Of a stretch of 64,000 bases of DNA, positions 40,951 through 54,510 are shown one piece after another. The notes under the pieces were generated by a model, which saw nothing but the letters and a program-made list of their open reading frames with translations, was not told where the DNA came from and searched no databases. The position numbers and the translations under genes were made by a program. Every line of letters starts with the position of its first letter. The stretch's first letter is position 1. The DNA is from Octopus bimaculoides (taxonomy: Eukaryota): positions 17,097,975 through 17,161,974 of the forward strand of contig NC_068988.1 in the NCBI RefSeq assembly GCF_001194135.2, read 5' to 3'.

Positions 40951-42383
40951 NNNNNNNNNNNNNNNNNNNNNNNNNNNNNNNNNNNNNNNNNNNNNNNNNN
41001 NNNNNNNNNNNNNNNNNNNNNNNNNNNNNNNNNNNNNNNNNNNNNNNNNNNNNNNNNNNNNNNNNNNNNNNNNNNNNNNNNNNNNNNNNNNNNNNNNNNN
41101 NNNNNNNNNNNNNNNNNNNNNNNNNNNNNNNNNNNNNNNNNNNNNNNNNNNNNNNNNNNNNNNNNNNNNNNNNNNNNNNNNNNNNNNNNNNNNNNNNNNN
41201 NNNNNNNNNNNNNNNNNNNNNNNNNNNNNNNNNNNNNNNNNNNNNNNNNNNNNNNNNNNNNNNNNNNNNNNNNNNNNNNNNNNNNNNNNNNNNNNNNNNN
41301 NNNNNNNNNNNNNNNNNNNNNNNNNNNNNNNNNNNNNNNNNNNNNNNNNNNNNNNNNNNNNNNNNNNNNNNNNNNNNNNNNNNNNNNNNNNNNNNNNNNN
41401 NNNNNNNNNNNNNNNNNNNNNNNNNNNNNNNNNNNNNNNNNNNNNNNNNNNNNNNNNNNNNNNNNNNNNNNNNNNNNNNNNNNNNNNNNNNNNNNNNNNN
41501 NNNNNNNNNNNNNNNNNNNNNNNNNNNNNNNNNNNNNNNNNNNNNNNNNNNNNNNNNNNNNNNNNNNNNNNNNNNNNNNNNNNNNNNNNNNNNNNNNNNN
41601 NNNNNNNNNNNNNNNNNNNNNNNNGAGAGAGAGAGAGAGAGAGAGAGGTATTGGTATAGAGAGACGGAGAAAGAGAGAAAGCAAGAGAAATACCACAAGC
41701 TTAATTGCATTAAGCTCTATAGAACATTTCAGTACGAATTGAATTCTTATTACGACCGTATACTGAAGAATAACTACGCTATATTTTCTGTATAACATGG
41801 ATATTAAAGAATCAAATTAATCACAAGATTCCTGATTGGGTGACTTCATCTGATAGACAGATATTACTTGGAAAATCCAGTTATAGAAACGGAGAATGCA
41901 AACTGTCTAAGTAGTAACTTAATTAATGAGTATCCCAGAATTTACTATCTTTTTAAATGAAATCTAGCAAATAAGAAAAAACTGACAGCATTTTATGTGT
42001 ATTACTTAAGTATCAAACCAAAACTGATAGATTCATAAATCGTAGGTTAAACCTTATAGAAAATTTTGAATATGTGTTCTATCTGCATCATTGCAATTTT
42101 CAAATCTATCCTTGGCATGTGAAATACCTACTGGAGAATTTCAGGAGTAGATGCGTTCTTTATTTTCAGCTAAATTATTGCTCCATCCTTGGGATGAAGG
42201 TAGAGAAAATGACTGCAGCCAAACTGAAGAAATACTGTCGTGGACAGAAAAGAAAAGAAAATTTGAAACAATTATAGCAATTATAAAATTATCAAAGTGA
42301 CACGTATTAATCATGATAAACATAGATGAATTGTCCGATTTCATTAAAATAGACAGTTACATATGGGACACTTTGAAATACTC

Positions 42384-42593
42384 GTTTCTAATTTAGGAAC
42401 AAGTCCCTACATTTGGGGGAGGGAAAAAGTAGACTACATCGACCCCAGTACGCCATTGTTACTTCATTTATCGACCCTAAAAGGATGAAAGGAAAAGTCG
42501 ACCTTGGCGAAATTTGAACTCATAACGTAAAGATAGACGAAATAAGCTAAGCATTTTGGCCGGCTTGCTAACGATTCTGCCAGCTCACAGCCT
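42384..42593 (-). mobile_element. SINE family A, full length with target-site duplication
   Basis: Reverse complement aligns to 8445-8662. Flanked by TGGGACACTTTGAAATA (42364-80) and TGGGACACTGAAATA (42593-607). Confidence 0.85.
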
Positions 42594-43811
42594 GGGACAC
42601 TGAAATAGAATTTTAAATATGAAAATGTATGAATCTATGAAATCATACGTACTTAAGAACATAATTCAGCATGTTTATGACGTTATCAGTATGTTGAAAA
42701 GGGAAAATATTTCTTGTAATTTGAATAATGAAGACGTGTTCATGTATAAAGTTTAAATTTCGTAACTGATTCCTGAGATTGGTTTCTCTTGAATTTCCAT
42801 CTATGTTCCATACGTCTTTTTCTCTCCATGATGAGAGTAGTATTGTGCTAATGGATTCTGAAATTAGTTATTTTCCTTATAATAATTTGCTGCTATTTAT
42901 TACCTACACACATATATTTGAGTTCAGGCACTTGGTACGGTCAAAATAATTTAATCCACTGCGTATATGTTTCTTAGATCTTAGCGAAAGTTAAATACTA
43001 TCGAAGCTTCCGCGATTTGTATTGGGTCAGTGAATTTAATTCCATCTTCGTCAGCACAGGCAAACCCCACTTACGCCTGTGTATGATTCCGTATATGTTC
43101 AAAATATATTCTCCTACGCAGTGGATATGAAATTTACGCGACTCTCCAAACGAATAGTCATGTTAGAGTTTATATTGTAGATCAGATGTATAATGCAATA
43201 TATCAATCTGTGCAAGTGAGTGTTTACTTCAGACTCGAACGAGTAATCTGTGAAACAAATTGTTACCTAAAAATTCCATGCACTATATTAAGTATAATTA
43301 TCTAAATATAATTAAGTTACAAGATGAAGTGGCAATGTAAATGAGATTAATAGTGTGAATATCCAATAGTACAAGTAGTGAATGTTTGAAGTAAATAAGA
43401 TACTTCTTGTGTTAACATTATTCCATTTGTTTTAATGGGCGAATGCTTTAAAGAAAATTTGCAAAAGCATAACAAAATCAAGGGAGAAATAGAAGAAAAA
43501 GAAATAATATATCAATTTCTGGGTTAAAAGTACAAGTGACATGCTGTTGAAATAGAAACATATTATTTACCTCCAAGAAGTAGGTTACACTTAAATGAGA
43601 TTCTAGTTGACTTAATGTCAACCTTAATATCACAATTAATTGTTTCAGAGTTTAGAAATTAATTCAAAACAGTGTAATATAATAACATCGAGAAACGTTC
43701 AATATTGATGATTCGTTTTATTATTAAATTAAGGAATATATTTCTTTTGCTATTTCCTCGTAACCACTCAAATGTTATAATCTCTCATCCTAACTAATCA
43801 ATTTCCACTAC

Positions 43812-43812
<1 letters not shown>

Positions 43813-43888
<76 letters not shown>
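43813..43888. repeat. (TG)n microsatellite
   Basis: Direct reading. Confidence 0.95.
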
Positions 43889-44099
43889 TTGTGTTAGAAG
43901 GCGCAACGCTGTCATTGTACCAGGTAAATTTGTGAATCTATCATTATAGTGGTACACTAGAATTTCCGGAGTGAAGTTACTAATCATATGGTCATATAAC
44001 ACAAGGTATTGCACCGAGCCAGTCAGTTCGAGAGAGCGAAAATTTATTCCCACGCAACATAGAGCGTCTTTAATTAGGTGAACTGCAATAGCCGCGTAA

Positions 44100-44185
44100 T
44101 CCTTATAAGTATAGGAACACAGCCTGGAATTATGGGGGAAAATGTTAGTCGATTACATCGTCCTCAGTACTTAAGTGGCACATTT
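44100..44185 (-). mobile_element. 3' fragment of SINE family A
   Basis: AGTCGATTACATCGTCCTCAGTACT matches the family body. Confidence 0.55.
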
Positions 44186-44724
44186 CGGATATTTGCAAAG
44201 TATATTCTCTTATTGCTCTCGATATGGGATTTACGCGACTCTCCAGGCCAGGAGGTAAAGATGATCGAAGCATCGCTAAACATTCGTTTGGAGTGATAAC
44301 AATCCTGTAACATTGTCACAAAGGAAAGACCTGAGGTACACACGCTTTATATCTTGTCGACTGAATAACGGTTCACTCAACGTATCTTTATGCCTTCTGT
44401 ACGCCTTCTTCAGTTATTTCCAATGAAACATTAAGAAAGCAATGAATGAATGCTACACATTATACATATAACGTATCAACGTATTTTAGATTTGACACGG
44501 GCTTTTAAATACAACTTTCTAAATAACCATTCCATGTTTTTGCATATTATAGTGTTGAATACCTTCCTTGATAATGAATGAAATCCGAAATATAAATAGT
44601 TGATCTTACACCCATCATTTCCTATATATAAATGCTTTAATGCCTTTATATTTCTGTGAGTGTGTTTATATATATATATGTATATATATATGCATGAACG
44701 TATGTACGATTAAGGACATATGTG

Positions 44725-44898
44725 AAGTACGTATGCTTTCATCTGGAAAGCACACGAATATATACATATATATATATATATTCGTATGCTTTCCAGATGA
44801 AAGCGTATGTGTGAATATGTATATATATATATATATATATATNNNNNNNNNNAAGTACGTATGCTTTCATCTGGAAAGCACACGAATATATACATATA
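44725..44898. repeat. Short palindrome plus direct copy across a 10-N gap
   Basis: 44732-44807 has ~33-bp inverted arms around (TA)n. 44853-44898 repeats 44725-44770. Confidence 0.8.
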
Positions 44899-45774
44899 TG
44901 TGTGTGCATGTATATATATTCTAAATGTTTTTTGTGATTTATGAAACTCAAAATAATTTTTATGAAAATTGAATCATTAGATATAAATATTAATATTTTA
45001 ACGAAAATTATTCATGAAATCGATAAAAATATAAATCAATAAATTTCAGTGCATAAAATTATAGGAGAATACGATAAAAGAAGACTAATCGAGAACATTG
45101 AGTGCACAAACCAATGGAACGAACTGGGTTTGAAATAATGGAGATTAAACTAATCCATAAAAGACTTAATGTTCCCATTAGATAAAGGTTATAACTTGTG
45201 ACTACCACCTAATGAGGAGAAGTAAAAGAGGAAACGATTACATAGAAGTATTAGACCGGTTTTGTCAAAACTGCGTTTAACCACAAACAATTCTTCGAAT
45301 ATGTGAAAATATGCTAATCGTCAAGCTACATTATATAAAATAACTTAAGCTGTTCCAAAGAATACATGTGAGCAAACGAAAATGTTTAGAATAAATTCCG
45401 GCAGTAAATATAAATTAAATCCGGAACAATTCTAGATATTTAGATTATTATTCTCTTATATAAAATATACAACACAATCAACGTTGCACAACTGAAATAA
45501 AATACATAAATACATGTGTGAATATATATTAGCTGTAGAAATAATTGGAATTTATGCCCTTCAAGTCTATGAACGCCATATATAGCTATGTAAAATAACA
45601 TAGGGATCACATTGAGGTAAAAATATCCTAAAGCCGTCATGTCGTGGTAGGATACGCTTGATATATATTTACAAGATCCAATTTAAACGTTGAGGACTTT
45701 ATCTAAGTGTGGCGTAGGCATTAAATGGAACAGAAATGGTATTTATGACAGTTCTCTTGATAGTATTCATTCAT

Positions 45775-46156
45775 GAGTGGAGGCGCAATGGCCCAGTGCT
45801 TAGAGCAGCGGACTCGCCGTCATAGGATCGCGATTTCGATTCCCTGACCGGGCGTTGTGAGTGTTTATTGAGTGAAAACACCTAAATCTCCACGAAGCTC
45901 CGGCAGGGGATGGTGGCGAACCCTGCTGCACTCTTTCACCACAACTTTCTCTCACTCTCACTTCCTGTTTATGTTGTGCCTGTAATTCAAAGGGCTAGCC
46001 TTGTCAAACAATGTGTCACGCTGAATATTTCCGAGAACTACGTTAAGGGTACACGTGTCTGTGGAGTGCTCAGCCACTTGCACGTTAATTTCACGAGCAA
46101 GCTGCTCTGTTGATCGGATCAACTGGAACCCTCGACGTCGTAAGCGACGGAGTGCC
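45775..46156 (+). mobile_element. tRNA-derived SINE (family C), full length
   Basis: A box TGGCCCAGTGCT (45789-800) and B box GATTTCGATTCC (45832-43). Body matches 7823-8135. (CA)n follows. Confidence 0.85.
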
Positions 46157-47092
46157 TATACACACACACACACACACACACANNNNNNNNNNNNNNNNNN
46201 NNNNNNNNNNNNNNNNNNNNNNNNNNNNNNNNNNNNNNNNNNNNNNNNNNNNNNNNNNNNNNNNNNNNNNNNNNNNNNNNNNNNNNNNNNNNNNNNNNNN
46301 NNNNNNNNNNNNNNNNNNNNNNNNNNNNNNNNNNNNNNNNNNNNNNNNNNNNNNNNNNNNNNNNNNNNNNNNNNNNNNNNNNNNNNNACATCATAGCATA
46401 AATCCACCATTTTCAGGTAAAACTTTAAACTGGTATAGATAGATTAGGTGAAACTATAAATCTGACAAACCCAAAAGCATATTAAGAAAGTGATATTCTA
46501 AAAACTAATATTCGAATTTATTAAGTATAACGGGCATACGAAAAGCAACGATCGAGATCAAATAGATACTGACTTTTGAAAAAAATAAACTTCGTTAGAT
46601 AAGGAATCTTAACTTTGATATGTTTGATTAACATAAACGCTTACGTGAAAATTTATGCTTGTGCGTGTGTGTGTGTGTGTTTGCATGTTTGTGTGTGTGC
46701 GTGTGTGTGTATGTATGTGTGTGTGTGAGTGTGAAATATTATGTGAATGTAAGTTCATAACAGTGACTAGCTGCGCAAGTAGACTAATCCTTATCCAGGT
46801 CTATTTATCTTTATCTAAATACTTAAGTAAGGATGCAGGTATGTGAGCACATAGATATATATATGAGAGGGTCTATGTAAACTGTACTACTTTGTCAGTA
46901 TGTGATAATGTTTATGTAGTTATCGCTAATTATTGTTTAATTATATATATTGATATAACCTGAAAGTTATAGGCAAGCGAGACAACTAACCTCGGATCCC
47001 ATTCAAGAATAAAGGATTCCGATATTTCAGCATGTTTATGACCTATCAGCATCACGTCTCCGAATCGAACGAGAGACGGATCGAATCACCAT

Positions 47093-47259
47093 TCTACTAG
47101 TAGATATAAAAATTGTAAAGCTCTTTTACTGCTACGTCACAATAATGCATACGAAACGTTAAATTCCTAGACTGGCAATTCCGTTCGTTCCCGTTTCGAT
47201 TCATTTACATGATGTTAAGAAGCCACAAATACCGGAAAATGTCGGTATCCATCACTCGT
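47093..47259 (+). mobile_element. Possible non-autonomous Helitron-like element
   Basis: 5' TCTACTAG..ATATAAAA; 3' hairpin ATACCG / CGGTAT (47229-48) a few nt before CTCG-T, a CTAG-T-like end. Confidence 0.3.
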
Positions 47260-47338
47260 GAGGGGGGAACGGAGGAGAGGTTTTTTCGGCTGTTTATGAC
47301 TTTCAGGTGTTTCAATACCCAGGGTAATAAATCCAACC

Positions 47339-47373
<35 letters not shown>

Positions 47374-47474
47374 TGTATTTAAACATAATTAAAGGATAAA
47401 AACCATTGATACACATACACACATATATGTATATATATATATGATTCTCCATGCTGGATGGCTGAAATCTACAA

Positions 47475-47640
47475 GTGTCTCTCTGTCTATTTTCTCTTAT
47501 TCGTTTTTGTTGAAGAGCGTAGGCTCGAAACGTAAAGAGATTTCTAATTTTCACGAACGTCAAACTAATTAACACACTTGCCTGTTGTCTATACACCTAT
47601 CTTCTTGTTTTGTGTTTCTGTAATTTTCAACTATATATCT
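47475..47640 (+). repeat. Hammerhead-bearing short repeat, degenerate copy
   Basis: TTGTTGA A GAGC GTAG GCTC GAAAC GTA; homologous to 57765-57930. Confidence 0.6.
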
Positions 47641-47677
47641 CTGTACATGTATGTGTATCTTCCTCTCTGTCTCTCTG

Positions 47678-47741
<64 letters not shown>

Positions 47742-49354
47742 TAGATACAGACATGCGTGCATCTACATATCAATGTCTTCTATATGCCTGATGTGAATAT
47801 TTTAGTTTTAGTTCCTATAATAAAAGGATATGGCTGGGCAAATGTCATAAGTAAAATATTATCTTTCTCAACCTCACAGACATGTAATGCGTGTTTTCAA
47901 GGAAGGAAGTTTTACTTCACCGATATCATCAAAGGGTGCCAAGGAATATTTCGAAGCTGTGGAACCTCTAATGCTAATATTGTATAGTCTTAAATTAATT
48001 CATAATATTTTGAAGCTGTAATACCAATTGAACACGAAGCTTCAAATAATGTCGTAAAGCAAAGATCTGTTGCTCAATTGAAGATTTATGGGTGACAATG
48101 GCTAGATTAATATTTTTTATAATAAACTGAAAAAGAAAAATGAAATTAAATATTTATACTTGTATTTTAATGAAGCGTGATAGATTCAAAAAGACAAAGT
48201 TTAAATTCGCTCAGAAAATATAAGATTAAAATGCTAATGATAAGAATAAACAAATAAGCGAAAATAGTAACACTCTTCTGGGAACATACATATACGCACA
48301 TAGTTACTCTCATCAGCAAATATTGTCTCTTACGGATGTTTTTATAAGTCAATATGCGATACTGAACGTAGACAACATGTTAGTAGTACTATTAAAATCT
48401 CCCGCACAAATCCCGATAATTTTAGTACGGAACAACATATTAGATCATGTATCTTAGAGTATCTCCGTAAACAAAAGAACGAATCATATAGCGTTGATGA
48501 TTGGTTTGTTTAAAGAAGGCTTGTCACAATCAAAATACCACGCATTGCACACAGATAAGAATGCAAACTTCAACATCCATAAAAGAACGAGAATGAAGTT
48601 TATGTCATATAGAAATGGCAGTGACATATGTAACGTCTGTATTTCTAAGAAATGACTGGCGCTGAGAAAATCATAGGGTAAACACTTTATGAATAAGAAA
48701 CTATCCAGGACGTGAGTATCAGTCATCGGTAAGGAATTATCGTATTTCTTGTACAACACTAATTCATCAGTAATTTAGTTATGATATCATTATTAATATA
48801 TCGTACATGATCACTAAAGATAAGCTACAAGCGTAACATAAATTGTAATCTCTTTTTCTGCAGTAGATTGTAAATGCACAGATGCAAAACGATGGTAAAT
48901 ACGAGAAAGGACAAAGAATATGTGATACAGAAAGCAGAACTGCTACATAGTATGACAAAACATCAAGCTGTTTCTAATGTTAACCTTTATCTTCACCGTT
49001 ATGTAGCATTTTTGTAGTAATATTCCGATTCGTGTGTAGAGAATAATTTCAACGATTACTCAAATAATTAAATGAATTCATATCTCAAGATTGTATTCAA
49101 ATTAGCATCGCCCAACTGATATTAGTAGTCACAAAAATTATTTCAGGCATCATAAACATGATCAGCTTTGGTCATCAGCTTAAGAAACACTTAGAAATAC
49201 TTCGTCTTCCGTTCGCCAATGCAACATCTTTTATTAATCCACATAAATTTTTTTAAATATTTTATCCACCTTATTTAGTGGCCTGTTATTTTTCAAATTT
49301 AATTTTATGCTTGAACTGAAATCTATTGTTAGTTTTGTTGTTGTTGCTCTTGAA

Positions 49355-49364
49355 ATTATTATTA

Positions 49365-49443
<79 letters not shown>
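49355..49443. repeat. (ATT)n microsatellite
   Basis: Direct reading. Confidence 0.95.
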
Positions 49444-49445
<2 letters not shown>

Positions 49446-50149
49446 TGTGAAATACTGTGGTGGTGAGCTGGCAATATTGTTAAAGCCTCTTAAAAATGCT
49501 TACCGAAATTTTTTACAGATTTTTCACGTACAGAATCTACAATTTATACTCTTGATGCCGAAAAATGAAACGGCAGTTAAGTACTATATAACCATGGTAT
49601 CTTCAAGATTTACGGGTTTTTATTTAAATCAGAAAGAATTAAAGTATAGTTATAGTATTGATTTCTTCGGGGTTTTTTTTTGGGTGGGGGGGTCCAGTTT
49701 TGAAGATGGAAGTGCCATCTATTTTCTCAACGAAAAAAAAAGAATCCATGGCAACTGCTCGAGGGACTAAAGCTCTACGATTTTCAGTCAAAAACGCTGT
49801 TAGACGCGGATTCTAGAATTTTAGGCATTGTTTTAAGCAAGAGTTTTGGCGCTTGTCGTCGGTGATTGGTGATGCGGAAATGCTTAACATACCAAACACA
49901 TCTATCCGCGAAAGGGTGGATAAAGAACATGCATTTGGTGCGACCCTTACGAGTTCGAACTCCCCATATGGTTGAAAAATATTCTGCGACTGTTCTCACG
50001 GCGGTCACTTTCGTTTCTATTTAACCGTGGAGGATCATTTTAATTTATAGGTTATCGGTTCGTCGAGATTGTCTCTTCTTGTTTCTTTTGTATTTACTGA
50101 GCATTAAGCCACTACTGTAGAAATGTGATAATTTTAGAGCTATCTATCT

Positions 50150-50420
50150 CGAACTAGAAAGTGAGCGATAGTAATCTGCCTACGCGGTCGACGACAATGT
50201 CGCAATCTCGGACAACAGATGAACAGAGTTGACCAGGAGGTTTCTGAGGGAGTATGAGGCGGCAACGGGATCAAATATGAAGCATGAAAAGTCATGGACC
50301 TGCAGCTCAACACTAGGAAATTAGATCTCTATAGACTTACACTCGTAAAGTACCTCGGGGTCTGGTTTTTGGGGTCTGCTCCTGATCTCTATGTGGAAAA
50401 GAACCGAATCGGAAATTCGC
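50150..50420 (+). mobile_element. Tx1/L1-clade LINE reverse transcriptase relic
   Basis: Broken frames give a YA(V)DD catalytic-motif-like stretch at 50181, FLREYEAATGSNMKHEKS (cf. YExxTGAKINxxKS) and VKYLGVWF..PDL at 50345. May extend to ~50850. Confidence 0.6.
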
Positions 50421-52002
50421 TGCACAGTATTCACATGACCTAAGAGTAAATAATTGTTCAATACGTACGATGTGCATGGGTGGGATTCGTATACATGCGA
50501 AGGTCCGGATAACCTCGAAAGACCGTATGGATGTTGCTACATTCCATTGTGTTTGGATGTCAGAGTAGTAAGTAATTCCACACGTTGTACAGAACATAAA
50601 TATCATTTACTATTCATGCATCAGCAAAGGTCTCTTGGGAGTTCTTCTGTAAAGATATCGCTAAGGAGAGCAAAGATGGATCTCAGTTGTTGCAAGATCA
50701 AAGCTAGGCCAGTTTACTGATTCTGTATGAATTCTCCAAGCAGAAGCGGCTGGTTCTCTGGGCATGCCTCAAATATATTTATCTATTTTCCAAGACCTGG
50801 CATGCGAGGAGTGACCTCCGATTTTGAAAGTGGGCAAACCCACTGCAACTACTCGTTCTAGTAACTGTATCAGGAATATTATATCGTATTCGAAAATGAG
50901 TGGCAGAGGTTTATCGATATATATATATATATATATATATANNNNNNNNNNNNNNNNNNNNNNNNNNNNNNNNNNNNNNNNNNNNNNNNNNNNNNNNNNN
51001 NNNNNNNNNNNNNNNNNNNNNNNNNNNNNNNNNNNNNNNNNNNNNNNNNNNNNNNNNNNNNNNNNNNNNNNNNNNNNNNNNNNNNNNNNNNNNNNNNNNN
51101 NNNNNNNNNNNNNNNNNNNNNNNNNNNNNNNNNNNNNNNNNNNNNNNNNNNNNNNNNNNNNNNNNNNNNNNNNNNNNNNNNNNNNNNNNNNNNNNNNNNN
51201 NNNNNNNNNNNATATATATATGTGCGCATTATTTGAATTTGTTTATGTTAATGTTTTTTTTAAGATAATGTTTTCTTCTAATCCAAATCTTTTATGGAAT
51301 TGTGTGGGCAGATACCCCCGAGTCTTGTATTTTATTTTTATAAAAATCTGTTGACGTACATATGGGGCCTTGTGGCAAATAATCGAAAAGACCATCATCA
51401 TTATATTCAACATTATTTTACTTCAATTTTACATTGATTAGAAGAGAGTATTTTTAATTCATTATTTTCTCTTATCAGAAAGTACCTTTTTATTAAAAAT
51501 ATACTGAGAGCTTAGATAACAAAAATATCGATTGAGTTTCAGTACTTCGTCTTAAAAATAAGTCAAAAGTGAATTAAAACAATGCATAGATTTTTTTCTT
51601 TCTATATAATGTCAACTCATATATGTAATATAAATGCAGTCAGTTTTTCCCCTTTGATATTTCAGTGAAATTCAAATGTCCTTTCTTTTTGTTCGAAAAT
51701 TAAGTATTGTTCTTTTATGATTTTAGCATTGATTTTAGACACAGTCAGATAAAGCTTCATATTCAAGAAACACCTATTCATTTCGTACAAATTAAAGCAA
51801 TTTCTCTCTTCAATTCGACTAGTTAACTATATTTAGAACTCTTCTTCCTTTTGTGGGGGCGGATGTCTGTGGGTACCATTGGCTTCGATTCCCAGGCCTT
51901 ACACACGTGTGTAATTGTGTTTATTATAAATTACATATGTCGTTGTACATTCCAGACCTTCATTCAACGATGAATTTTAAATTATATTGGTAACACATGT
52001 AA

Positions 52003-52105
52003 GACGGTGAACTATGTAAAAAGGTTAGCACGCCGTGCAAAATACTTAGTGGCATTTTGTCCGTGTTTACATTTAGAGTTCAAAGTTCGTCGAGGTCAAA
52101 TTGCT
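52003..52105 (+). mobile_element. 5' part of SINE family A
   Basis: GGTTAGCACGCCGTGCAAAATACTTAGTGGCATTT..GAGTTCAAAGTTCG matches the head of 8445. Confidence 0.6.
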
Positions 52106-54277
52106 GTTCTCGTGCGAAAATTTTAAACCAATATTTCTAGCCCATGTCTACTCTTTCATGGCAATAATATTTCAAAGTAAAAAAATCTCTTAGAGTGAAA
52201 AGAACCTTAGAGTTGATGAGAAATATGGCATTCAATTTCGGAATTTATATGCAAAATATTTCACTGGATTTTGCCGACCTCTAATGTTTTTGTGTTTACT
52301 ATAACAGAACGAAATACGGAGTGAAATATTATTGCAAACACTATATACATAATAGATGGAAAGTGAAGCGACAGAAATACGGGAAGCACAAGGAATATGA
52401 ATTATTAATTCATAAGACCCAACATTGCTTTGATGAATGTGTCTGGTACATTCGGTTCTCTGACGTAAATTAGATATAAAAATTTCTATATGAATAATAT
52501 AAAAATCTGAATATAGCAGGTTTTATGTTTTAAATGTCTACGGCGGCTCTACCAGAATACACTGGTTTTAGTTTTGTGAAAAACAGTCTGGAATCAAGCC
52601 ACTTGCTAGAGGCATATATATTCTTACGTACACGTAAATCATACAGAAATATATTATCAGTACAAAAAGATAATAATATTATATTAGTCTAAATGCTAAG
52701 AGAGTAATTTAGGCAATGCATCCTGCTCGAATGAATATAAAATGTTAAGGCAATAGTATATATGAAAATGAAAACCTCTTTATCACATGACTGATACAAC
52801 TGGAAATATTTGCATATGGGAAAGGTTATAAGTTTTGAAACTGATGGAGCAGAAGTGGGGTTCAATACAAACATTGCAGCTGTAATGGTTTCGTCATTTT
52901 TACAAATATTGACCCTAGGAATAATCTAAAAATTCTTTTTTTCCTTTTCAATTGTATGCGATGTTAAGAAAGAGATATAGGAGCTATTTCTATTAGGTCA
53001 ATTGAGTACATTGAGACTTTCTTTATGGACCTATTTTAACACACCGGATTGCAACATATCCAACTGTAAGTAGAAGCAAATGGTTGTTCATAGAAGATTC
53101 AGTTACCTTGAAAGTACTGCGTAAGTTCAGGGGTTTACATCAGGATTTCAGACCAACTTAAGAATTAGTTCAGTGGTATTTTCCCTTTTATGGATCATCC
53201 GTCACCTTTCAAAATTTTATTGACTCGTGAAAAACGAAATTGTAACAACACCACAACGTTGTTGGCATAACAACGTTAGCTGTAACATTAAGATATGACA
53301 TTTCTCCCCATGCTTCTTGAATCTATCCTCTCGTAAACAAATTATCATTTTTATGTCACATTCAAATTAAAATAGCCTTCATATTTACGGGAAAATAAAC
53401 ACTTTAAAATTCATGAGTAAATATTATCCGTAACTACAGCAAAATAATACTTAACTTCAGCATTATTTTTTTATTATTAGATTCATTATTAGTGTTACCG
53501 TGCAGGTGCAATAACGGAATCCTACATTTTAAAAACCGTACTCTGCTGATGTAATCCATTACGTTGGACAAAGCAATCCGTTACGTTGGTCAAATGGTAT
53601 GTGTGAACATGCTCGAGTTACATGTTCAGTGTGCTTATATTTGTAATAATAGCGCCTTTTAAAAGGCTCGATTATATTATGTTTTATTCTCCAGTTCAAG
53701 TATTATGATATTCATCCCAACGGAATGAACATGATATATATGTACCAATTGAAAACAATAGATTTTTTCACACGTTATTTTTATTGCACGCTTTGCAATC
53801 GTTAACTCTACACCAACTAAATATTATTTTATTTACGGATTTTCTGTATTTCACAGAAATTCTTTTATTCTTACGTTATTATTGATAAAAGTCTACAAAA
53901 GGGAAGATTAGATTTTTTGGAAGCGTAGTGGATGATGAGTGCACTGATGAAAGGGAACAGAAGTTAATATCGCTCTAATCATATTATACAACAGTTCCTT
54001 GTTTTTTACAAAATAAAAATGTATGGACATCATTTAGAATATTTTGATTCTTGAAATAGGAAATTATTTATCAGATACGAATGAGATATTAAGATAATTT
54101 GGTTAACGTGACGTAATTCTGTGTATGTATGTATGTATATATATATATATATATATATATNNNNNNNNNNNNNNNNNNNNNNNNNNNNNNNNNNNNNNNN
54201 NNNNNNNNNNNNNNNNNNNNNNNNNNNNNNNNNNNNNNTATACAGAGAGGTATATAGATATAGATGTATACACACAA

Positions 54278-54312
<35 letters not shown>

Positions 54313-54431
54313 AGAGATCATTTCGGGTATTGTAGAACATGGGATATCAGTTATTCGGGGATATTTTCTAGTAAGAAATTCTATGGGAATAAACATTTTT
54401 AACAGGAAATGTGCAGACGGGTATTGTGCCA

Positions 54432-54510
<79 letters not shown>

